Part shown: one piece after another, positions 50,581 through 61,559 of the stretch
Position numbering within the stretch: position 1 is the stretch's first letter
How the letters are laid out: every line of letters starts with the position of its first letter
From: Phyllobates terribilis
Lineage: Eukaryota
Length of the DNA stretch: 64,000 bases
Direction of reading: 5' to 3'
NCBI RefSeq assembly: GCF_046119375.1
Contig: NW_027362768.1
Location: 23,622,001-23,686,000, forward strand
Program-made: the position numbers and the translations under genes
The notes under the pieces: model-generated
What the model saw: only the letters and a program-made list of their open reading frames with translations
Database searches by the model: none
Told to the model about the DNA's origin: nothing

Positions 50581-51610
50581 CATTTTTTTTACTGAGACCC
50601 TCCTCTATGTCTCTTCAAAGGGGTATTGGGTTGCGTCCAAATTTTTGGACGCCCTTGCCGTCACTGGATATGCAATAACAGTATAGGAGACCCACTTGTT
50701 AATAATGGGAACCACAAAGCATAGCCGACTGATGGATCTCTAACAATAGCTAGGGCCAACTGCTGGCCTTTTAAGAATTGTAAGGGCCATCTGATGTCCC
50801 TATAAAAATAGGCTTTATGACTTTCAGAGTCCCTCCATCATAAATAAAACAGGATGAGTCTGATGATGTGTCACACACCACATTGCCAGATAAGGTTGTA
50901 AAATGTTAAAATGACATTTCTCGGTGAATGCATTTGTCTTAAAAAAAAACAAACAATAGGATCTTTCTTTAGTATAAAAAACAGCGTCACCAATTTAACA
51001 ACAATGTAATCACATTGTTCAGCTCATGCACCTCCTCCTCCATCTCCGAAATGACCACATCAGTAACAAGCTGACAGCACTGCAGCACTGCCTTGGCCAA
51101 GCAGCAACAGACTGTGCTGAAGATAACATGCTTAATGCTTAATTGAGAAACCGCCCAGCGCTGCAGAGTTGTTGAAAGCTGTAACACAGCAGCCTGATCT
51201 GTGGCTCTCACCGCTGAACATACAGCCAGGCATGGTCGTGTGTGACAATGGGCGGAACCTGGTGACGGAGAAATGACAGCCGGGGTAGATACGGTTTCCG
51301 TCTATGCCAGCCCTTTCACCGAGCTAAAGAATATGGCTGTGGTGAAATACAACTCCCACTGAGAAGTTGTTTCAGATTGAAAAACATTGTGCCCACCAGA
51401 GGATTTGATTCTGAGGGCTAACCTTTCTCACCCACTCAAGAGCCCCATAGAAGCTGCAAAGTTAGCGCTATCATGAACTCTCCTGAGGTAGAAGCCAAGG
51501 CACACCAGAGGATTCTGTGGTGGGACCGTCCAACCCTGCTGAGAAGCAGTCCTGGTTAAGAAAAGTGTGTGGGAAGGTTCCTGGACACTCTATGGCTGCT
51601 TTTTTACAGA

Positions 51611-51737
51611 GGAGGAAACACATGCAAACACGGGGAGAACATACAAAGTCCTTGCAGATGTTGTCCTTGCTAGGATTTGAACCCAGGATCCCAGCGCTGA
51701 AAGGCTTCAGTGCTAACCACTGATCCAATGTGCTGCC
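51611..51737 (-). mobile_element. tRNA-derived SINE (V-SINE-like) 5' fragment
   Basis: The revcomp reads GGCAGCAC..TCAGTGGTTAGCACTG..GGGTTCAAATCC..GGACAACATCTGCAAGG..TTTGTATGTTCTCCCCGTGTTTGC, with A and B boxes. Confidence 0.85.
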
Positions 51738-52455
51738 GTTCACCCTCTAATATCTAACAGGCTTTTGAAACTTTCACCTACTGCCATTCTATCTTCAGCT
51801 CCTTTGTGAGAAAATGTATTTGGGCAGCCACACAGTCTACCAAATAAATTCCTGAGAAGGAAATTGGGGATGGCTTCGCTACTGGTACTGGGGGCAGTGC
51901 TAATACCGTGGCGTCGTACCATAGTTTGCTGGAAATATTCCAGGCTGGTAGGAGGCAAGCAAATTCCCACATAAAAGTACCAGCAGTAATGTTCAGGCCA
52001 CATTTCAAGTGCAAGCGGCTTTAGAGGACTTCCTGGGAGAAATGACACACAGGGTACATACGGTTTCCCTCTATGCCAGTCCTTTCATCGAGCTAAATAC
52101 AACTCTCAGCCAAAAAAGTTGTGGACTGGCTCCGTACCGTCCCTGGCCACATTCACCTGTCCACGTGTTTTTGGTTAGGCGGTCCTTCCCGGTAAGTGCA
52201 TTGGGGAGGGCACGGGTAATGTTGTGGGAACCGTGCTTGTGGAAGGCGGAGGCGACACCAGGAAATATAGTGGAGGCTGGAGACCGAGTATGGACACCCG
52301 GCCGCCGCCGGCATGAGGTTGTGAAAAGCTTCCGCTTCCACGAGCCTAAAAGGCCATATTTCAAGTGCAAAGAGCTGCCCAGAAATCTGGCAGTTTAGTG
52401 TTGCGGCCTGTGGGTGGGTGGGTGGCTGGCTGCATACTTGCACTTGCATTCCAAG

Positions 52456-55400
52456 TAACAGAAAACTAAGCAGATGGTGGCCTCTATCATCATGGCCTCA
52501 CCTCGGCACTATGAACTCTCCTGAAGGAGAAGCCAGGGCCCGCCGGAGGAGTCTCCGGTTCTCTGGTGAGCCCGTCCAACCCTCTGCCGGAAAGCAGCCC
52601 TGGCTAAGAAAAGTGTGGGGGAAGGTTCCCGGACACTCTATGGCTGCTTTTTTAATGTGGATCGGCCATGCTTATGCATGTGTTTTCTCAAAACGCATTA
52701 CAGATCAGGCCATTGTCCAACTCTGCATTCAAGAAATGTGTCCATCAAGCTGGGGGGGCCGCCCCAAGGTGTGTCCGACAGCAAGTTGCCATGGAAACCT
52801 GGGAGACAGTGCGGAGTCTCCAGGAGTCCAAACAGACCGCACCCGGAGGGCAAGATGGAGAGTCAGGAGCCAGCTCCCATCCGTGGTCCGCAACAAGAGG
52901 CAAGGCCTCTCAGATTGGAGGATGCCATGGCAGAGCTATCCCTGGAGGATACTGAATTCCTCCAGGCGGAAATCCAGGAGCTGGGCCAGAGAATGGAGAG
53001 GGCCCCGCAGGACGCCATTGCCGGCTGGAAAAAGGAGCTGCTGGAGAAGCTGATGATCCGGCAGCAGCCAGTGCTTCACTCCACCAGCAGCGCCCCAGCC
53101 CCAGAGGAACCTGAACGGAGCCAGGAGGCAGAGGATGGCACAAGCGCAGCCGCGGGAGCAGGTAAGGAGAGACTCCCTGTCCCGGGCGCTGACAGTGCTA
53201 GCCTGCTCGTGGGCTCCCTGGCGGAACCTCCAATCCCGGGCGCCTACTCCACCATCCTACTCCTGGGCCCCCTGGCAGAACCTCCAACCCTGGGCGCCTT
53301 CTCTGCCGATCAGCTCCCCGGTCTCCAGGTGAAATCTCCCGTCCCGGCACCTACTTTACTGACTGGCTCCCAGACCCCCTGGCGGAAACCCCGATCCCGG
53401 GCACTTGCTCCGCCGACATGCTCCTGGGCCCCCTACTGGAGCCACCTGCCCCCGCGCCCGAGTGGGTCTATGGAAACACCACCTACGACTGGTATGCCAG
53501 ATATAAGGACCAGCAAGGACAAGGACACCCCGCTAGCACCTGCACCTGCACCCCCGGTTACCTGCCAAGGAGGAGAGGAGTTCCGGTGGGACAACCAGGA
53601 AGGGGACCTCATGGGGTTCCCGAGGGAGATGCAGGCCCTCCGGAGGGAAGAGCACTGCAGGAGGGAGCTCCAGCTGTTGGAGCGGGAGCGTCACGACCGG
53701 CAGGTGCGATGGGAACAGAAGGAGGCCCGGAACTTGGCGGCTAAAACCCGGGCCCGCCAAGCAAGAGCTGCCACCCCTAGTCCCCGTCTAGAGGAGATCG
53801 TAGTCAAGTTCGATCTGGATGCGGGGTGGGGCTTTGTGAGGGAACCGCACACCAATCGAGACGTATTTGTCAACCGGCGGGATGTAGAACCCCACCTCCA
53901 ACAGGGGCATCCCAGCCGAGACCTTTAACCTGGTGACTTCGTCACATTTACCCGTCACAAGGGCGAGCGCAGCTGGTATGCCCTCCAGTTATATCGAGTA
54001 GCGAAAAGGAGAGACATGGCCCTGCAGCGCGAGGCTGAAGACCCGGCTGGGTCAGCCTGCAGGAACCAGGAGTTCCCCCGGAGGGAGCATCACTGTTAAA
54101 CTGTTTAAACTGTTTATAGTTACCTGGAAGGGTACAACCCTGCCAGTTTACAAAGTTAACTTGTGTGTATTCAAGGTTTTATAGTTACCCGTTTAAAGAA
54201 CTGTCAGGTTATGGATGGTGAATAACCAAAGAACTTTCCATTGTAAATAGTTGCACTTCTTAAAGTGCCCCTTATTGGTTTTATGCAACAACAAATGACC
54301 TCAGAACAAAAACCCATTTGGCGTGGCCGAAGACGTGGTCCAACACCTGGATCGTCTATGCCCTGCAGCCACGCCCAGGGCCTACGTTGAGGGTTTTCAG
54401 GCGGGTCCCTCATGCTCATGTTTGCTAGTTTGCACCTTGATAAAGAAAATGGACACCCGGTTACAGATCGTGCTGTAACCTATTGAAAAATGTTTTATAT
54501 GAAAAATGTTTTATAAGTGTAAAGAAAGATGTTCTTTAAAAAGTCTCATAATGTTTTGATAACATTGTAAGACTTTTTAAAGAACATCTTTCTTTACACT
54601 TCTAAAACATTTTTCATATAAAACATTTTTCAGTAACGTAACCAGTAACGTTCAAGAAAAAGTGCCTCCCATAAAGGGAAGAAAAAGTTGTTTGAAAATT
54701 CTTCTATGTGATGCATCAAAAATTTTGCATGTCTGTAACATACCCTGTGTTTTTACTCTGTTCTAGCCCGCGGACGTGCTGTGTTTTACCAGGGGGGTAT
54801 GTGGCGCCCCTGAGGGTTCGGTCGCCACAGAGGTACTGCATCTCACCCAGAGGTGTGGTAGCTCACTCTCAGGTAAGGAAAGAGTACAGCTCGGGACCCT
54901 AACACCTGCATCCAACACATACCCGCAGTGGGGGTAGGGCGAGATTGCACCTAAGGGAGAGCACAGTCCAGGGTCCCTAGCTGAGGGGAGGTACTATGTA
55001 GTGGGTGTGGGTGGAGAAAGTAGCTTAGGGGAGCACATGAGAGGAAGATATAAATAGAGAAGCCATCTTGTTTGAGTAGTAGGAGTCAGAGAGCAGTCTG
55101 AGGAGGAGAAGTGTGGGAGCAGGAGCTCTGTAGGAGCTCTGCTCAGGAGGAGGGCCTGAGGAGAGGCCCAGGACTGAAGGAGAGGGAGAGAGGAGCAGGA
55201 AGGGTGCCAGGAACAAAGAAGGGACCCCAGGGGTACGGGCAGTGCTGAAGGCCACCCGTGCGCCCGAATCTACCAGGAGGTGGAGGGGTCAGGCCACACA
55301 AAGGGGACCGGTCCCTCAATTAGCGGAGCACTTTATGTCTCAACTAGAAACTGGAGGCTGCAGCATTTCAAGTCCTGTAGTCAACAGTCCATATCAGTCT

Positions 55401-56017
55401 CACCAAGAAGGTAACTATAGAGGACCCAGGGGGTGGAACAGACGTCGCCCGACAAGGCCCGCAGGTACCGGATTGGGACACTTGGTATGAGGTGCAGGGA
55501 AATGGCCAGGGAGAGAACACACAGAAGGGGGTCCCGCTAAGTACTCCGGAGATATCTGAGGGTCGACTGAATCCCTCCCTGAGTAAGCGCAGCACGACGA
55601 GGGAAGTTACACCGGTACCGGTAACTTGGATTGCAACAAGCGTGAGTAAAGACCCTGAGGACTGCACCCCACTGTCTCTGTGATTATTAACTGCGCCATC
55701 ATCCCTGCACTACAACGCCCAGCATCACCTACTACATCTACACTGCCCTGGAGCTAAGCTCTACCTTTGGAGAGCCACACCAGCTTTGCTGCACTAACAT
55801 CAGCTCCAGAGGACCTGCTCCGCAGCGGCGGCTCCACATAGCCGCATACCACAGGTGGCGTCACGAACTGTACATAAAAACTCTATTAAATTCCCCTGTA
55901 AATAATCCCCTTTTGAATGACCGCCCTGGGTCACGGACCGGGTTATCGCCACTGTGACATCTCCCGTAGCAACGAACGGCCTGGCACCGAGTACCCCACG
56001 GCCCAGGGGGCGCATCA
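52456..56017 (+). mobile_element. Non-autonomous LTR element CSD-2 (5' LTR and PBS missing; 3' LTR at 54800-56017)
   Basis: PPT CCAGGGGGGTA followed by TGTGGCG..., LTR end GGGGGCGCATCA, a CSD ORF upstream, and 3' UTR blocks shared with CSD-1 and element B. Confidence 0.85.
52855..54099 (+). pseudogene. About 414-codon homolog of the CSD-1 ORF; one in-frame TAA at 53926
   Basis: IVVKFDLDAGWGFVREPHTNRDVFVNRRDVEPHLQQGHPSRDL*PGDFVTFTRHKGERSWYALQLYRV, plus a shared LGQRMER..DAIAGWKKE N-terminal block. Confidence 0.85.
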
Positions 56018-58786
56018 CTTGCATTCCAAGGAATGGGGTAGGGACAACTGAACGCTGCAGTGGGACAAGGACGTGGACGGTGATTGTTACAAGTCTGCAA
56101 CGACAGGTGCATGGCGGGAGGCATCTTCGCATGTGCCAAGGATCACTTATGATGGGCACACTTTTAGGCAGCGACCTGGAAGTCAGAGATGCTTCTAGAG
56201 GTCTTCCCCATGCTGTTCCCATGTCTTTTCAGCACTGTATGCATGTGTCTGAAGATGTGTCACACACCACATGGCCAGATAAGGTTGTAAAATGTTAAAA
56301 TGACATTTCCTGGTGAATGCATTTGTCTTGGTTGAAAGCAATTCAAAAGTGCAAAAACGCATCAAAAACACTGCGTGTGAACATAGCCCAAGTTGTGGAG
56401 GAGTATTTTTGTTTTTGGTTATTTATTTTGCCTTATGTACAAGTCATTACCCAGGAAAGGATGTTCCTTAATATATTTCCCAGGAAAATCCATTTTGGTT
56501 TCGTTTTTGTATGTTTTATTGTGAGTCCGTAAAAGTGGTGTAATACTCTGACCACGTTGCTGACAGCAGTGATCTGGGAGTCAGAGATACTTCCAGGGTT
56601 CTTCCCCATGCTGTTCCCATGTCATTTGAGCACTGTTCCCATCGATTTGGGCAATTTTTAGGCCCTATGCAGACCACCGGAGGGAGCCGCCTGAAAAATG
56701 CTCGAGTTTCCCATAGACTTACCAATGGGAGGTCACACTTTCAGCGACCTCGATAGTTACACCTCTGCTTTGAAGGTTACTTGATATAGTAACGTCATCA
56801 AGCTGCTTGCACTGAGCCCACTACTTGGGATTCTGAGTCACTCCCTTTGGTGTGGAAATGGGGTTTGGTGATTATTAGGTTATACTATTTTGGGTGCTCT
56901 TTTGGGTAATACAAGGGGGGGACAATGGAATAATTAAAATTGTATGGGGGTACTAAAGGAAGGATTATTATTTTATGAGGGCCTAAAAGGATTAATATAC
57001 ATATAGTACATATACTGTACACATATTACATATATACATATACAGTATGTATATGTTCCTACAAAAAAAGACAGCCAGTCGCCAGGTCAAAGTACAAAGT
57101 TTCATTGTTAGACAAAGATTACTCACATGCTGTATATACATTACTAAAAAATGTAGAGAACACTTAAAAGGGAACTATATTTTCTGGTAACTTTCCTGAA
57201 TAAGCTCACATTTGTGTGTGCATGTGGAATAACACAATTTTTAACCATTAAATGACTGGTATCCTACAATTCTCACCAGTTAATCTATCTATAATTTGCA
57301 ATTGACTCTGTGCTAGTGGGGGGGGGGAGCTACACTGATGCCTCCCATATACTAAACATACAGAGAGAAGTGTTCTTGTTCTTTTTTGCTTGATAAATCA
57401 CAGACAGGAGCATCAGAAGCACTGAAGAAATTAGATAGCAGGATTTAGCAGTGTAGCTGTGAATCCAGCACAGGAATAAGCTATCAAGAATCTGCATGTT
57501 CTGTTTCTCTGCCCCTCACTTTACTTCTACTCACTACCCCTTAGAGCACATTAAGAGGAGGGACCTGACACCTCACTGTGCTGCCATTGTGTTTTTTTAC
57601 AGTGACTATCTCCTTATCTTTCTTAATTGCTTTTCCCCTAGTTTTGCATCTTGCTAGTGTCCTTGTCAATACAGGTAGCATGAGACAGTTCCTGAAACCC
57701 ATTTACGTTGCACAGGAAGCCCAGCTCCCAGAGAATTGCATATCCATACGTGCTGCATAATGACCCTGATATTTCTGAATCAAATTAAACAAATATCACT
57801 GACCTAGGTAGACTAACAATATATTAAAAACTATTTTTTTTATCACTAAATATTAAAAGTATATTCCAATTCCACAGTGCAGTAGAAATTTAGATCCAAC
57901 CAGTCATATAGAAAGCAATGATAGTATTTTTCTCTATAATATTATACCACCAATACTGGTTATTTCCCTAGATAGACTGCTTTTGCTGTATACAAATATA
58001 GCAATATATTGCTGGATATTGGTGGTGAATTTTTCAACCAATGTGAATGGAGAATATCCTAGATAATAACCATTTCTTCTATTCAGCATACTTAGGTCTG
58101 CCTAGCTAACAGTCTGTTTCCTAATATCACAATAATATAAATAGCTTAAAGTTTATATGATACACTGAACTCTACATGGTCAAATAAATTATCCCTTTAT
58201 TTTATATAAGTGGAGTTGCTCAATGTGGATACATTGTTGCACTCAGCCAGCTACAGGGAGCAATTTAATTTATTCTTATTCTCCCAATTAGGCCGGGATC
58301 ATATGAGCGATGATTCTCTCTTCCGAGAGAATCGGATCAATTATGATTATGACACTCTGCTCAAACTTTGATCCAAGTTTGATCAGAGTGTCAGTTTACT
58401 GTGATCCAATTCTCTAGGATGAGAGAATCATATCCAGCTGTGGAGAAGATGGAGAACTTAATTTCTCCATCTTCTTCATTGTCGGTAAATCGGACTGCAT
58501 TCGGATGACATCGGAGAATAGTACAATGTTCTACATGCACGCATAGACTTGAATGGGTGCGTGTGATCTGATTTGCGGAGCCACTCGCAGCATGCTGCAA
58601 TCTTTTCCACAGACTAATTCGGTCTGTAGAAAAAAATGTAGATTTGCACTACCCCATAGTATAATATTGGTCCAAGTGCTATCCGATAAAACATCAGATA
58701 GCACTTGTCCGAGTTGTATGCTTGTGCTGCAAAATAGCTTAATTTCCACATGAATGGTTACTATATGCTATTAATCTATCATTTAG

Positions 58787-59155
58787 TCTAACTGAATTGA
58801 TACACTAGGCTGGCACACTGAATAATTAAATGACCTAATAATAACCAACAAGTATTATCCCTCGATGCATATTCAACTATTTATATTTGATGTCTCAGCA
58901 CGTTTCGCCCACCCTCTGCTTGGTGAGCACATCAGGAGACTATATCATTTACTGTATTATGGCACCATACTCTCTGATATTGACTCTGGCTGCCATAATA
59001 TGAGCCACTCAATATCAGAGATTCTAGTGCCATAATACATTAAATATAAGATATTAATAGCTGAACATACATCTAGTGACAAAACGTGTTGGATATTATT
59101 GGGTTGAGTAACTTAAGTATTCAGTGTGTCAGCCTAATATATCAATTCAATTAGA
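58787..59155. repeat. Imperfect palindromic element containing a degenerate type I hammerhead motif (minus strand, 58888-58947)
   Basis: Outer and inner arms are reverse complements; GTCTC-CTGATGT-stemII-GAAAC-GTGCT-GAGAC. Confidence 0.7.
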
Positions 59156-59464
59156 AAAGCATCAGCGAGAAAGGGGAGGCTCCATAAATGTCGCTTAGGT
59201 TTGCAAACCCTCATTTCACCTCTTAGACTTGAACATTGACTTTGGATTTATGGCACAGAGAACAGTGGAACTTTGGGGGTATTACTGCGGGTGCCTATGG
59301 TGAAAAGCTTTAGTTACCTACAGTGGCTTAACTAGAGTCCGATGGGACCCAGTGCAAAATTTGGACCTGTTGCCCCACCTGCATATTGTTCAGAAGTATA
59401 AGCCCTTGAAGTGTTCTAGTTCATACAAAGATATACTGTACGTGTTCGCCCTCCCATGCAATAA

Positions 59465-60265
59465 TGTCGACCATCATGACTCCTTCCTGTAATAATGTTC
59501 CCATCCTGGGCCCTTTCCTGTAATATCCCCATCTTGAGTCCCATCCTAGTATAATGACCTCTATCCCAGGCCCCTTCTAGTAATAATGTCCTCCATCCTG
59601 GTCCCCTTCTAGTAATAATGTCACCATCCTGGGCCCCTTCTAGTAACAATGTCCCCCATGCTGAGCCCCTACCCAGTATAATGTCCTCCATCCTTGGCCC
59701 CTTTCTGGTATACTGTCTCCAATCCTGGGCCTCTTCCAGTAATAATGTCCCTCATCATTGGCCCCTTCCTGGTATAATGTCCCCCATCCTGGGCCTGATC
59801 CTGGTATAATGTTCCCAATCATGGGCCCCTTTCAGTAACAATGTCCCCCATCCTGGGATCCTACCTGGCATAGTTTCCTCCATTCTGGGACACTTTCTGG
59901 TAAAATGTCCCCCATCCTCTTCTCCTTCCAGTAGTAGTGTCCTCCATCCTTGGTCCCTTCATGGTATAATGTCCTCCATCCCGAGTCCCTTCCATTAATA
60001 ATGCCCCCATACTGGGCCCCTTTCTTGTATAATGTCTCCCATCCTTGGCCCTACCCAGTAATAATGTCCCCCATCCATGGCTCCTTCCTGGTTTAATATC
60101 CCCCTTCCGGGCCCCCTTCCTGGTATAATATCCCCCATCCTGGGCCCTTACCTGTTATAATGTCCCCAATCCTGGGCCCCTCCAAATAATAATTTCCCCC
60201 AACATGGGCCCCTTCCTGATATAATGTCCCCATCCTGGTATAATGTCTCCCATCCTGGGCCCCTC
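59465..60265 (+). repeat. 32-bp minisatellite (TAATAATGTCCCCCATCCTGGGCCCCTTCCTG), about 25 copies; inverse copies also at about 10600-10740
   Basis: Unit starts at 59581 and 59613, spaced 32 bp. Confidence 0.88.
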
Positions 60266-60562
60266 CAGTAATGATTTCGTCTATTCTGGTGCTCTTCTCC
60301 AAGACAGTTAAAAAAAGAAATAAGCAAGTCTTCTTACCTTCTACTCCCACAACGAGCGGCATCCTCTTTTACAACCAGTACAGAGGCCGGCAGCTGACTT
60401 CAGTGTGCCCATCATGGGCAGTGCATGACGTCATTGCCATGCACTACCCATGATGGGTATGTAGATGTCATCTACCAGCCTCTGGTTAGCTGGTGGCATG
60501 TATTGCAGTGCAGAGAATCAGTGAGTCTTTGCACATGCATTTACTGATATGAACTCAGTTAA

Positions 60563-61559
60563 AGAGGACCTTTCACCAAATTTTTCTTGTTGAACTGGGA
60601 ACATGAAGTAATAGTGGTCACAGAGCAGAATAAATTGTTTGTTTTTTTTATTTTGCTTTTTCATTGATGAGATATTAGCGATCAAATTATTTATTACCTA
60701 ATGAGTTAACCTTTTTTATTTCCAAGTGTGTGTGACATAGTTTCTACTGGGTGTGGGAAGTTCTCCCTGTATGATGCTGACCAATCATAAGGAGGCAGTA
60801 ACACTCAAGGGAAGGAAGAACACACCTCTGCATATTTCTTTTCTGATGTACTGCCCCTCACCCCACAATGCCTGTTCGGAGATGAGCTGAAAGTGTCAGT
60901 ATCATACTTATGTCTGTTGTGCTCAACTTGTTTCATAGTTTGTAAGGATGATGGTAGACATAAATTGAGTTCAACCTATAACCTAACATTGTAATCACTC
61001 TGCAGTGAGATCAGAGTAGGCTGTCATTACTTCTCCTACAGGAGTAGTCCAGAACAGGCAGGCTGCTCCTGTGATAGATGCAATGACAGCCCTAATCTCA
61101 CTATAAGTTGCTTGAGCACAGTTGACATTAGTGTAAATACTGACACATTCTGTAATCAGGAGAACTGATAGAAGGAATTGTAAAGTGACCCAGCTAAACT
61201 CAGCTGTACTGTCCCTCCTCCTACACTGACTAATGCAGGAGATCAGAGTTGTGTCACTACATCTCACACACTGAGGAATCTGCTCTAGACTATGGTGAGG
61301 GCGCGTTCTTCTTTCCTTTGAATGCTGCTGCCTGTTTATGATTGGTCAGCATCAAACATTGAGAAGAAGTACACGCGCACAGTGAAAACTGTCTGTTAAA
61401 TACTACATGAACTGAAAAAAAAGTTAACTCATTAGGTGTCAAATACTTAGATTAATATCTTTGCAATGGAGAGGCGATATAAAAAGCTTTATTCCGCTCT
61501 ACAGTCACTATTACATCAAGTGTCTAGTTCAACGTGAAAAATTTGGTGAAAGATCCTCT
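60563..61559. mobile_element. T2/Kolobok-type MITE
   Basis: TTAA flanks; TIR AGAGGACCTTTCACCAAATTTT and AAAATTTGGTGAAAGATCCTCT. Confidence 0.88.

Larger units (their letters stand above)
52100..56150 (-). pseudogene. Second hAT transposase fragment (52100-52455 and 56018-56150), split by CSD-2
   Basis: LFALEIWPFRLVEAEAFHNLM and NITRALPNALTGKDRLTKNTWTGECGQG; 56018-56140 is the revcomp homolog of 47330-47450. Confidence 0.75.
45348..56730 (+). mobile_element. Large hAT (BED-finger, Ac-like) transposon; left TIR present, right end rearranged and truncated
   Basis: TAGTGATGAGCGAGCA at 45348, a transposase remnant, and subterminal motifs at 56560-56730 without a final TIR. Confidence 0.7.

Noticed and set aside
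51611-51737. tRNA gene
   Set aside because: The tRNA-like head runs directly into SINE core sequence, and no acceptor stem closes.
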